From the IMG/VR virus record IMGVR_UViG_3300047374_000251: 57,667 bases of DNA, one strand, 5' to 3'. This stretch comes from a virus. Below the pieces are notes generated by a model. The model was given only the letters and a program-made list of their open reading frames with translations. It did no database searches and had not been told where the DNA came from. The position numbers and the translations under genes are program-made. Within the stretch, counting starts at the first letter, position 1; each line of letters starts with the position of its first letter. Positions 1 to 8,119 of the stretch are shown piece after piece.

Positions 1-42
1 TCTGACTTTAGAGGAATCTTCGGTTCTCCTGGAGTAAGTTAA
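1..42 (+). CDS. 3' end of the major capsid protein gene (partial; duplicate of 57541-57582)
   Basis: Same bases as the end of ORF 56674-57582 (..SDFRGIFGSPGVS stop). Confidence 0.85.
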   Translation, partial: SDFRGIFGSPGVS

Positions 43-53
43 TAGATAATTTT

Positions 54-76
54 GAGGCGGGACACAATCCCGCCTC
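54..76 (+). terminator. Hairpin after the capsid gene (GAGGCGGGA-cacaa-TCCCGCCTC), followed by ATTT
   Basis: Perfect 9-bp GC-rich stem 12 nt after the capsid stop codon. The U-tract is weak. A second copy lies at 57594-57616. Confidence 0.55.
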
Positions 77-102
77 ATTTACAAAATAAGAAAGAAAAAC
101 TC

Positions 103-360
103 ATGAAAAAACTTCTCATTAATATTTTTGCATACAATCACCATGCTAAATTTGAAATATTAGCTGAAGATAATGCAAAAGCTGTAGAACTAGCTATACT
201 TGACAAGCTAGGAGAAAATAGTATAAAATGGGAAGATCTTGGAAACAACTATGATTCCAAGACAAATAGAATAACTTTTGAAGAGGTTATAAATGATACA
301 AGACCTATACAAAGCAAAAAGGTCCTTGGAGTTGAAGTGGGAACAGGAGCATCTGTCTAA
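103..360 (+). CDS. Hypothetical protein (85 aa)
   Basis: The ORF-track entry 52-360 starts inside the terminator hairpin. The first ATG at 103 (MKKLLINIF..) is the more plausible start. Confidence 0.5.
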   Translation: MKKLLINIFAYNHHAKFEILAEDNAKAVELAILDKLGENSIKWEDLGNNYDSKTNRITFEEVINDTRPIQSKKVLGVEVGTGASV

Positions 361-379
361 TGGTAGATATACTCTTGAA

Positions 380-502
380 ATGGTCAGAATCGATGACAAA
401 GTTAAAGAAGTCATCACAAAGATCAAGTTGGAAGAAGCAGCAATTGCCCACAAACAAAACACCATAGAAGGTGCAGCTCCAGAAGTTTCAGTAGCTACTT
501 AA
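380..502 (+). CDS. Hypothetical small protein (40 aa from the internal ATG of ORF 293-502)
   Basis: ORF 293-502 overlaps the previous ORF by 68 nt in another frame. The ATG at 380 avoids the overlap. No recognisable motif. Confidence 0.3.
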   Translation: MVRIDDKVKEVITKIKLEEAAIAHKQNTIEGAAPEVSVAT

Positions 503-600
503 TAAAAAGCTACATCGTTGAATAAATTCAATTCACATTATAGGCTCTCTTGCACTCTACTAAAAACTAGTATATAAAAAATACACTATACAATTAATTA

Positions 601-641
601 GAACATAGACGCGTATAGTCGACGGCCTAGAGACTATGTTC
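601..641 (+). promoter_or_regulatory. Structured 5' leader upstream of gene 663-1124
   Basis: GAACATAG (601-608) pairs with CTATGTTC (634-641). An alternative pairing is ATAGTC (615-620) with GACTAT (632-637). The patch is GC-richer than its surroundings and lies just before the AGGAGG RBS. Confidence 0.35.
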
Positions 642-662
642 AGAAACTAGGAGGATATAATT

Positions 663-1124
663 ATGGCATCAACTACATTTTCGGGACCGATAAAAGCGGG
701 AACGATTTCAAATACTACAGGTACAACTGTTGGTAAAGACATGAAAAATACTGGTCAAGTTGTAATGGCACAAACTTTTGCAGTTGACTTATCTGGAGGA
801 GCACTTGCTGCATCAGCAACAAATGTAATCATTCCAGCAAACTCACAAATCATTGATTGTGTTTTTGATAGTATTACAGCAGCATCAGGTGCTACTAACA
901 TTAGTGTTGGTTTTGTTGGAGGAGCAGCTACTGCTCTTGTTAACACATTTGCAATTGGAACTACTGTTGGTAGAAAATACCCTACGACTCAAGCAGGTGG
1001 AGCTTTAGCTTGGGAAGATATCGGAACTACTGACCAAAGACTTAACGTAACTAACTCTGCAGCTACAAGTGCTGGTGAAGTTAGAATTACTATTTTGTAT
1101 CAACAAAATACTAATTTAAGTTAA
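663..1124 (+). CDS. Virion structural protein, probably abundant (possible capsid decoration/fibre)
   Basis: Strong AGGAGG RBS, Ala/Thr/Gly-rich 153-aa protein, position right after the capsid gene, hairpin immediately downstream. Confidence 0.55.
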   Translation: MASTTFSGPIKAGTISNTTGTTVGKDMKNTGQVVMAQTFAVDLSGGALAASATNVIIPANSQIIDCVFDSITAASGATNISVGFVGGAATALVNTFAIGTTVGRKYPTTQAGGALAWEDIGTTDQRLNVTNSAATSAGEVRITILYQQNTNLS

Positions 1125-1135
1125 TAAATAATTAG

Positions 1136-1155
1136 TGTGGGGCTTAGGCCCCACA
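1136..1155 (+). terminator. Hairpin TGTGGGGC-ttag-GCCCCACA, followed by TAAATTTT
   Basis: 8-bp GC stem with a 4-nt loop, 12 nt after the stop of 663-1124. Confidence 0.5.
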
Positions 1156-1176
1156 TAAATTTTAAGGAGATTAAAT

Positions 1177-1500
1177 ATGGCAAGTAATGGAGATATACAA
1201 GCAACAAGATCGACTGCAGCAGCTGGAGCTAGTGCAATTATTAGTCAGCCTATTAGACTAAGAGGTATTATAATTTCTTCTGATGGTAATGGAGCCGGTG
1301 TTTTAGAACTAACAACAACCTCTAATTCTGGATCTACTTTGTTTATTGGTGATGTTCCAACTGGAGATGTAATTAATTTTTCATTTCCTGAAGAGGGAAT
1401 TTTGTTTCCAAAAGGAATTTTTTGTAAAACTAAAACTAATATTGCAGCTTACACATTATTGACGGACAAATATTCAGGACCAGGTTTAACAGCGGGGTAA
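1177..1500 (+). CDS. Hypothetical structural-module protein
   Basis: 107-aa ORF with an AAGGAG RBS, inside the head/tail block. Confidence 0.55.
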   Translation: MASNGDIQATRSTAAAGASAIISQPIRLRGIIISSDGNGAGVLELTTTSNSGSTLFIGDVPTGDVINFSFPEEGILFPKGIFCKTKTNIAAYTLLTDKYSGPGLTAG

Positions 1501-1504
1501 TTAA

Positions 1505-2446
1505 ATGGCTAATACCACTTCTGGCACTACAACGTTTGACAAAACGTTTTCGATCGACGAGATAATTGAAGAGTCTTATAACAGACTTGGTCAATTTGAC
1601 ATGAGTGGTTATAATTTAAAAACTGCTCGAAGATCGTTAAACATAATGTTTCAGGAGTGGGGTAATAGAGGCCTTCATTTTTGGGAAGTGGCAAACACTA
1701 ATATTACTTTAGCAAACGGTCAGAACGAATATAAAATTTTTAGATCAACGTCTGACGGTAATTCTAATGGAGTAACATCTACATTGTCAGCAGCTATTAC
1801 TTCTACAACAGCTACTACAGGAATTACATTAGCTTCTATAACCAACATGCCAACCACAGGCACTATCAACGTAGGATCTGAAAATATTTCTTACACTGGA
1901 TTTAGTGATTTAGAGCTCACTGGAGTAACACGTGGGGTTAATGGAACTACTGCAGCTACTCATTCAAGCGGCGATACGGTTACTAATTTTGTAAATCAAG
2001 CTACAGAAATTTTAGAGTGTTCATACAGAAATAACTCTAATGTAGATTCACCTTTAGAAAAAATAAATAGATCTCAATATCAGGCATTGTCTAATAAAAC
2101 AGCTACAGGACAACCCTCACAGTATTTTGTTCAGAGATTTGTTGATCACATTTTAATAACCGTTTATTTAACGCCAGGTGCTTCTCAAAATGGAGATGTT
2201 ATTAATTTTTATTATGAAAAAAGAATTCAAGATGCAGGTGCTTATACTAATGCAACAGATGTACCCTATAGATTTGTACCTTGCATGGTCGCGGGTTTAA
2301 CTTATTATTTATCTATGAAGTATGCACAACCAAGAATACAAGAAACAAAATTAATTTATGAAGATGAATTGGCTAGAGCTCTAGAAGAAGATGGTTCTTC
2401 CGCTAGTGTTTACATTTCACCTAAAACTTACTATCCGAGTATATAA
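1505..2446 (+). CDS. Tail tubular protein A / adaptor-like protein with an inserted domain
   Basis: The N-terminus (IIEESYNRLGQ..ARRSLNIMFQEWGNRGLHFWEV) resembles T7 gp11-type tail tubular A N-termini. The middle insertion reads ..GTINVGSENISYTG..LTGVTRGVNGTTAATHSSGDTV. Confidence 0.45.
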   Translation: MANTTSGTTTFDKTFSIDEIIEESYNRLGQFDMSGYNLKTARRSLNIMFQEWGNRGLHFWEVANTNITLANGQNEYKIFRSTSDGNSNGVTSTLSAAITSTTATTGITLASITNMPTTGTINVGSENISYTGFSDLELTGVTRGVNGTTAATHSSGDTVTNFVNQATEILECSYRNNSNVDSPLEKINRSQYQALSNKTATGQPSQYFVQRFVDHILITVYLTPGASQNGDVINFYYEKRIQDAGAYTNATDVPYRFVPCMVAGLTYYLSMKYAQPRIQETKLIYEDELARALEEDGSSASVYISPKTYYPSI

Positions 2447-2448
2447 CT

Positions 2449-3246
2449 ATGGGAAATTTATCAAAAGGAAGATACGCATTATTTATTTCAGATCGATCAG
2501 GTCTAGCATACCCTTATAGAGAAATGGTTAGAGAATGGAATGGTGCAAGAGTTCACACTTCTGAATATGAACCAAAGCAGCCACAATTAGAACCTAAACC
2601 ATACACTGCAGATCCACAAGGATTACCACATCCCAGACCGGCAAGAACAGAATTTCCAACTACAGATTTTTTACCAATCAATCCATTTACTATGACTAAT
2701 TCTTCAACTCAAGTTTCTGTTAGCTTTCCTTTTAGTGGTTATCAAAATGGAGACTTTATAAGATTCTATGATGTTAAAAGTCCTGTAGGGGGAGTTGCAA
2801 TTTCTACATTACAATTAGAAACTACTTTAAACGGAAATATTACAGCAACAGATACTTCTATTACTCTAACAGACTCTTCTGCTTTTCCTAGTCAAGGATA
2901 TATTGCAATTGAAAAAATAAATGCAACATCTGGATTATATGAAACTGAAACTATTTATTATAATGGTAATTCAGCAAATGTTTTATCGAATTGTGTTCGA
3001 GGAACAGCTGCTCCTTTCAGAGGACAGACTCCCAAAAACACACCCGCAGGTAAACACTCAAGTGGAGCAAAAGTTTACGGTGCTTACGCAGTAACGATGG
3101 TTCCAACAGTAGTAACACAAGCGGGACAACCTTCAACTGTTACAGAATTTAACAGTTTTACTTTTAATTTAATTAGTGCTGCAAGTAGCACAGAAACGGG
3201 AGGCGGGTTTCAATGTTTAGCTGGACCCGTTAATGATAGATCATGA
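2449..3246 (+). CDS. Virion structural protein (tail-associated)
   Basis: 265-aa ORF in the tail block. It carries the same type of segment as 1505-2446 (GYIAIEKI..ETIYYNG..LSNCVRGTAAPF..GKHSSGAKV). Confidence 0.5.
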   Translation: MGNLSKGRYALFISDRSGLAYPYREMVREWNGARVHTSEYEPKQPQLEPKPYTADPQGLPHPRPARTEFPTTDFLPINPFTMTNSSTQVSVSFPFSGYQNGDFIRFYDVKSPVGGVAISTLQLETTLNGNITATDTSITLTDSSAFPSQGYIAIEKINATSGLYETETIYYNGNSANVLSNCVRGTAAPFRGQTPKNTPAGKHSSGAKVYGAYAVTMVPTVVTQAGQPSTVTEFNSFTFNLISAASSTETGGGFQCLAGPVNDRS

Positions 3247-3896
3247 CATACACAGAATTATTGCAAAAAATTAGAGATTATACAGAAGTATCTAGTAATG
3301 TTTTAACCGATACTATTTGTAATGGATTTATAGAAAATGCAGAATTTAGAATTCTTAGAGAAGTAGATTCTGATAACAATAGAAGATATGATACAGCTAA
3401 TTTAATTGTTAATGATAGATTTATTGGTAGACCTGCAGGTTTGTTAGTTGTTAGATCCGCACAAATTGTTGATTCAGACGGAAGTTCTCAACCAAACAAT
3501 AGAGATTTTTTACAATATAGAGACACAAGTTTTATGTCGGAATTTAATCCTACAGAAGCTACCGGAGTACCTAAATACTATAGTTTATGGGACGAACAAA
3601 ATATTGTAGTGGCTCCTACACCTGATGCTACTTACACAATTCAATTAAATTATATCTTGAAAGATGAAGGTTTATCAAGTACAAATACTACAACATATAT
3701 AAGTCAAAATTTTCCCAATGGACTTTTGTATGCATGCCTAATCGAGGCCTATGGATTTTTAAAAGGCCCACAAGATCTCTTGCAATTATACGAACAAAAG
3801 TATAAACAAGTGGTTGAAGGCTTCTCAATTGAACAAATGGGAAGACGAAGACGAGATGAATACCAGGCAGGTGTTCCTCGAATAGGAAAACAGTAA
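3243..3896 (+). CDS. Possible head-tail connector/completion protein
   Basis: The N-terminus (YTELLQKIRDYTE..LTDTICNGFIENAEFRILREV) resembles gp6-like head-tail connector openings. ATGA overlap with the upstream gene. Confidence 0.4.
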   Translation: MTYTELLQKIRDYTEVSSNVLTDTICNGFIENAEFRILREVDSDNNRRYDTANLIVNDRFIGRPAGLLVVRSAQIVDSDGSSQPNNRDFLQYRDTSFMSEFNPTEATGVPKYYSLWDEQNIVVAPTPDATYTIQLNYILKDEGLSSTNTTTYISQNFPNGLLYACLIEAYGFLKGPQDLLQLYEQKYKQVVEGFSIEQMGRRRRDEYQAGVPRIGKQ

Positions 3897-3907
3897 GGAG
3901 ATATACT

Positions 3908-4348
3908 ATGGCTATAACACAGGCAATCGCAAATGCTTTTAAAAAACAATTACTAGAAGGTGATGCAAGTTTTAAATCATCTGGTGGTGATGTTTTTAAA
4001 TTAGCTCTTTATACTAACTCCGCAACTCTAAACTCATCAACTACTGCATTCACAACTTCTGGTGAAGTTGCGAACACAGGTACATACGCTTCTGGTGGAG
4101 ATAAATTAACAGGTCAAAATACTTCAATCGCTTCAGGTGTTGCAATTGTTGATTTTGCAGATTTATCGTTTACGGGTGTTACGTTGACAGCTAGAGGTGC
4201 AATGATCTACAATACATCTTCTGCAGTTACTAATGCAGCAGTTGCAATTTTAGATTTTGGAGGAGATAAAACAGCTACATCAGGAACTTTTACAATTCAG
4301 TTTCCAGCATTTACTACGGCAGCAGCTATATTAAGAATCTCTGGTTAA
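3908..4348 (+). CDS. Virion structural protein
   Basis: 146-aa Ala/Thr/Ser-rich ORF with an AAGGAG RBS, directly upstream of the fibre gene. Confidence 0.5.
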   Translation: MAITQAIANAFKKQLLEGDASFKSSGGDVFKLALYTNSATLNSSTTAFTTSGEVANTGTYASGGDKLTGQNTSIASGVAIVDFADLSFTGVTLTARGAMIYNTSSAVTNAAVAILDFGGDKTATSGTFTIQFPAFTTAAAILRISG

Positions 4349-4358
4349 GGAGAAATAA

Positions 4359-6455
4359 ATGGCATTGGTTGTAAACGACAGAGTCAAAGAGACTTCGACC
4401 ACTACTGGTACGGGTACTCTTAGTCTTGCAGGCGCAGTAACAGGTTTTGAAACATTTGTTGCCGGTATAGGTAATTCTAATACAACTTACTACTCAATTG
4501 TAAATGAGAATGGTGAGTTTGAAGTAGGCCTAGGTACAGTAACTGATGCAACACCAGATACTCTCGCAAGAACTACAGTTATTTCATCATCAAATAGTGA
4601 CTCCGCGGTAAATTTTTCTGCGGGAACTAAAGATGTTTTCTGTACTCTTCCTGCGTCTAAAGCAGTCATTAAAGATGCTAGCGGAAACATTGTAGCAAAT
4701 AATGGATCAGCATTAACAAATTTAAATGCAAGTAATCTAGCTTCAGGCACAGTTCCAAATGCAAGACTAGATGCTCAACTACAAGACGTTGCAGGATTAT
4801 CGACAACTTCTGGAAAAATTATTCAAGGTGATGGATCAAACTTTGGTCTTTCAGCCTACACATTACCTACATCAGACGGATCTTCTTCTCAAGTTTTAAC
4901 AACTGATGGATCAGGTGCGGTTACGTTTCAAACACCTACAGTCGGAGATATTACTTCTGTTGTAGCAGGTTCTGGTTTAACTGGGGGAGCAACTAGTGGA
5001 GCTGCAACTTTAAATGTTGGCGCAGGAACTGGTGTTACAGTTAACGCTGACGACATAGCTATTGGCCAAAGTGTGGCTACTTCAGCTAGTCCTACTTTTG
5101 CAGGATTAACAACCACTGCTGATATTAATTTTGGAGATAATGACAAAGCTATCTTTGGAGCAGGTTCAGATTTACAAATATATCATGATCCGTCTGAAGG
5201 AAGTATTGTTAGAGATGCTGGCTCTGGAAATTTAGTTCTTGCTGGAAACGATGTTCAAATTACTAATGGTGCAAGGAATGAAACACACATTGATTGCAAT
5301 AATAATGGTGCTGTCGAACTTTACCATGACAACTCTAAGAAATTAGAAACAACATCTGCTGGTGTACAAACAACAGGTACTGTTAATGTAAACGGAGCAT
5401 ATACACTTCCAACATCAGACGGATCAGCTAACCAAGTTTTAACAACTGATGGATCAGGCGCACTTACTTTTGAAACACCAACTACTGGAGATATAACTTC
5501 AGTTGTAGCAGGATCTGGTTTAACTGGAGGAGCAACTTCCGGTGCAGCTACTTTAAACGTTGGAGCTGGAAACTTAATTGATGTTCAAGCAGATCAAATA
5601 GATGTTGATCTTTCTGAACTTACGACTTCTACTTCAAATGGCGATGGTGATTTTTTTGCAGTAGTAGATGCATCAAATGCTCAGAAAAAATTAACTAAAG
5701 GTAATATTAATATTTCAGGTTTTAATAATGACTCTGGCTTTACTACAAATACAGGTACAGTAACTAGTGTTGGTATTACACCAGGAACTGGATTAGATGC
5801 TGGTTCAGCTGTTACAACTTCTGGTACTATTAGTGTTGATTTAGATTTATCAGAACTTACTGACATGACAGCTACAATGACTGGGTCAGATGAATTTATT
5901 GTTTTAGATTCAAGTGCAGAGAGAAGAAAAGCGGCTAGTGAAATAGGTTTATCTATTTTTAATAATGACGCTGGGTTTACTACAAACACTGGAGACATTA
6001 CTTCTGTTGTAGCAGGATCTGGATTAACAGGCGGTGCAACTAGTGGAGCTGCTACTTTAAATGTTGGAGCAGGCACAGGTATCGATGTTGCTGCAGATGC
6101 AATTTCAGTTGATGTATCAGACTTTATGTCAAACGGTTCTAACAACAGAGTTGTTACAGCTACAGGTGCAGATGGTATGAATGCAGAAGCTAATATGCAG
6201 TTTGATGGATCTACATTAACAGTAACTGGAGATATTGTTCCAGGAGCTAATGATAGTCATGACCTCGGTGCTTCAGACAATGTTTGGAGAAACTTATACA
6301 CTGGAGATTTACATTTATCTAATGAATCTAAATCAGAAGGTAATGCAGTTGATGGCACTAAAGGTAGCTGGACAATTCAAGAGGGTGCAGAAGATCTTTA
6401 TTTATTTAATAACAAATCTGGTAAAAAATATAAGTTTAAACTAGAGGAAGTTTAA
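4359..6455 (+). CDS. Tail fibre protein with internal repeats
   Basis: 698 aa, Gly/Ser/Thr-rich. It has three copies of GDITSVVAGSGLTGGATSGAATLNVGAG, and its C-terminal module is shared with 7418-8119. Confidence 0.8.
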   Translation: MALVVNDRVKETSTTTGTGTLSLAGAVTGFETFVAGIGNSNTTYYSIVNENGEFEVGLGTVTDATPDTLARTTVISSSNSDSAVNFSAGTKDVFCTLPASKAVIKDASGNIVANNGSALTNLNASNLASGTVPNARLDAQLQDVAGLSTTSGKIIQGDGSNFGLSAYTLPTSDGSSSQVLTTDGSGAVTFQTPTVGDITSVVAGSGLTGGATSGAATLNVGAGTGVTVNADDIAIGQSVATSASPTFAGLTTTADINFGDNDKAIFGAGSDLQIYHDPSEGSIVRDAGSGNLVLAGNDVQITNGARNETHIDCNNNGAVELYHDNSKKLETTSAGVQTTGTVNVNGAYTLPTSDGSANQVLTTDGSGALTFETPTTGDITSVVAGSGLTGGATSGAATLNVGAGNLIDVQADQIDVDLSELTTSTSNGDGDFFAVVDASNAQKKLTKGNINISGFNNDSGFTTNTGTVTSVGITPGTGLDAGSAVTTSGTISVDLDLSELTDMTATMTGSDEFIVLDSSAERRKAASEIGLSIFNNDAGFTTNTGDITSVVAGSGLTGGATSGAATLNVGAGTGIDVAADAISVDVSDFMSNGSNNRVVTATGADGMNAEANMQFDGSTLTVTGDIVPGANDSHDLGASDNVWRNLYTGDLHLSNESKSEGNAVDGTKGSWTIQEGAEDLYLFNNKSGKKYKFKLEEV

Positions 6456-6461
6456 TAAATC

Positions 6462-7370
6462 ATGGCGTTCGGGATAACAGCTTTTGCAGAAAGTCCTTTT
6501 GCTGCAACCGGATCACAAAGTCTTACTGTTGAAGTAACGGGTCAAGCTCTTACTATTGCAGAAACATCTCCCGGTGTTGTTATTGATGTAGTAGTTCCTT
6601 TAACTGGTCAAGCAATAACTGCTACTCAAGGTAATGTTACTATTTTTTCAGGTGTTGAAGTATTTCCTACAGGTCAAGTTTTATCTTCTAATTTAGGTTC
6701 TATAACAACTACTGCAGATGCTAATGTAAATTTAACAGGACAAGCATTAACTTCTACATTAGGAACAGCAGTAGGTCTTCCAAACACTATAGCTGATGTC
6801 ACTGGACAGAATTTAAGCTCTAACCTTGGAAGTGTATCTACAACAGCAAATGCTAATGTAAGTGTAACAGGACAGTTATTATCAATTACTGAAGGTACCG
6901 TTTCAATAACAACTGCTACAGATGTTTCTGTCACTGGTCTTGCAATGACTATGCAAGAAAACACTCCAACAGTTACTGGAGACGCAAATGTAGATGTAAC
7001 AGGTCAATTATTGTCGATCGCTGAAGGCACTCTTGATATGATAGGTGATGTAACTGTAGACGTAACAGGTCAAGCGATGACTATGCAAGAAAATGCTCCA
7101 ACAGCTACTGGAGATGCTAATGTCACTGCAACAGCTTTACCTATGACAGCAGCTCTTGGCACAGCTGTTTTAAATGCCAATACTTTAGTAGATTTAAATG
7201 GTTCTAATTTAACCATGCAGGAAGGTCAGGCTACTGCAACAGATTCTGTAGCAACACTTACGGGAATTAATATGACAACAGCTCAAGGAAATTTAAGTTC
7301 TCTTATATGGACTAAAGTTCCTACAGGTAATGCCCCTCTCAATCCTCCTGGTTGGAAAGAAGTGGCTTGA
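6462..7370 (+). CDS. Fibre-like protein built from about 12 tandem repeats of about 22 aa (VTGQxLTxxxGxV..)
   Basis: The periodic (V/L)TGQ(A/L)(L/M)(T/S) motif is visible throughout the 302-aa translation. Confidence 0.6.
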   Translation: MAFGITAFAESPFAATGSQSLTVEVTGQALTIAETSPGVVIDVVVPLTGQAITATQGNVTIFSGVEVFPTGQVLSSNLGSITTTADANVNLTGQALTSTLGTAVGLPNTIADVTGQNLSSNLGSVSTTANANVSVTGQLLSITEGTVSITTATDVSVTGLAMTMQENTPTVTGDANVDVTGQLLSIAEGTLDMIGDVTVDVTGQAMTMQENAPTATGDANVTATALPMTAALGTAVLNANTLVDLNGSNLTMQEGQATATDSVATLTGINMTTAQGNLSSLIWTKVPTGNAPLNPPGWKEVA

Positions 7371-7417
7371 TTTATGGTAACAATATAATTATAATTAGGG
7401 ATTTAGGAATTTAAAAT

Positions 7418-8119
7418 ATGGCTAACGATACTTCAGCAAGTTTAAAATTAACAGTTCAAACAACCGGTGAAAATTCTGGAACTTGGGGACAGATTACAAA
7501 CACTAATTTATTGATTCTAGAGCAAGCTATTGGTGGATCTGCTGCAGTCGGAATTACTTCAGGTGCTACTTTAACTTTTGCAGACGGTGCTTTATCAAAT
7601 GGTAAAAACCAGGTTTTAAGATTAACAGGAACTATAGCAGGAAATGTTAATGTAATAATTCCAGAAGAGAGTGGTTCAGGAACAGCTCCAAAAAAAACAT
7701 ATCTTGTAGAAAATGCTACTACAGGAGCACACACTGTAACTCTTAAAACAGCTTCTGGAACAGGTCCAACTTGGGCTACTACAGACAAAGGATATAAAAT
7801 TGTGTATTCAGATGGAACTAATGTTGTAGATATCACAGCAGATTTAGGTGATATATCTTCTGGCGCTATTAATGCTACTGGACATGTTATTCCTGGTGCT
7901 AATGATACTTACGATTTAGGTACTACAACTGCTGTTTGGAGAAACTTATACACTGGGGATTTACATTTATCAAACCAAGCTAAGAATCAAGGCAACATTG
8001 TAGATGGGACCAAAGGAAATTGGACTTTACAAGAAGGAAAAGATGATATATTCATGATAAATAATATATCTGGAGAAAAATTTAAAATTAATTTATCCAA
8101 GGTAAAAGGAGATTCATAA
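7418..8119 (+). CDS. Second tail fibre/spike-like protein
   Basis: About 75 C-terminal aa are homologous to the C-terminus of 4359-6455 (VWRNLYTGDLHLSN..VDGTKG.WT.QEG). Confidence 0.65.
   Translation: MANDTSASLKLTVQTTGENSGTWGQITNTNLLILEQAIGGSAAVGITSGATLTFADGALSNGKNQVLRLTGTIAGNVNVIIPEESGSGTAPKKTYLVENATTGAHTVTLKTASGTGPTWATTDKGYKIVYSDGTNVVDITADLGDISSGAINATGHVIPGANDTYDLGTTTAVWRNLYTGDLHLSNQAKNQGNIVDGTKGNWTLQEGKDDIFMINNISGEKFKINLSKVKGDS

Larger units (their letters stand above)
1..127. repeat. Terminal overlap: 1-127 is identical to 57541-57667, so the contig closes into a 57,540-bp circle
   Basis: Read directly: both ends read tctgactttagaggaatcttcgg...cttctcattaatattt with 127/127 identity. The length equals a common maximal assembler k-mer. 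Confidence 0.97.

Noticed and set aside
203-232. Promoter-like TTGACA-N17/18-TAAAAT inside gene 103-360
   Set aside because: It is a single intragenic match in AT-rich DNA, without the TAGGATA motif or the GAAAGG leader seen at the early promoters. It is probably a chance match.
293-360. Programmed frameshift joining ORF 52-360 to ORF 293-502
   Set aside because: The second ORF is in the +1 frame. The overlap has only CAAAAAG, which is not a canonical slippery heptamer, and I saw no downstream structure. Two separate small genes are equally likely.
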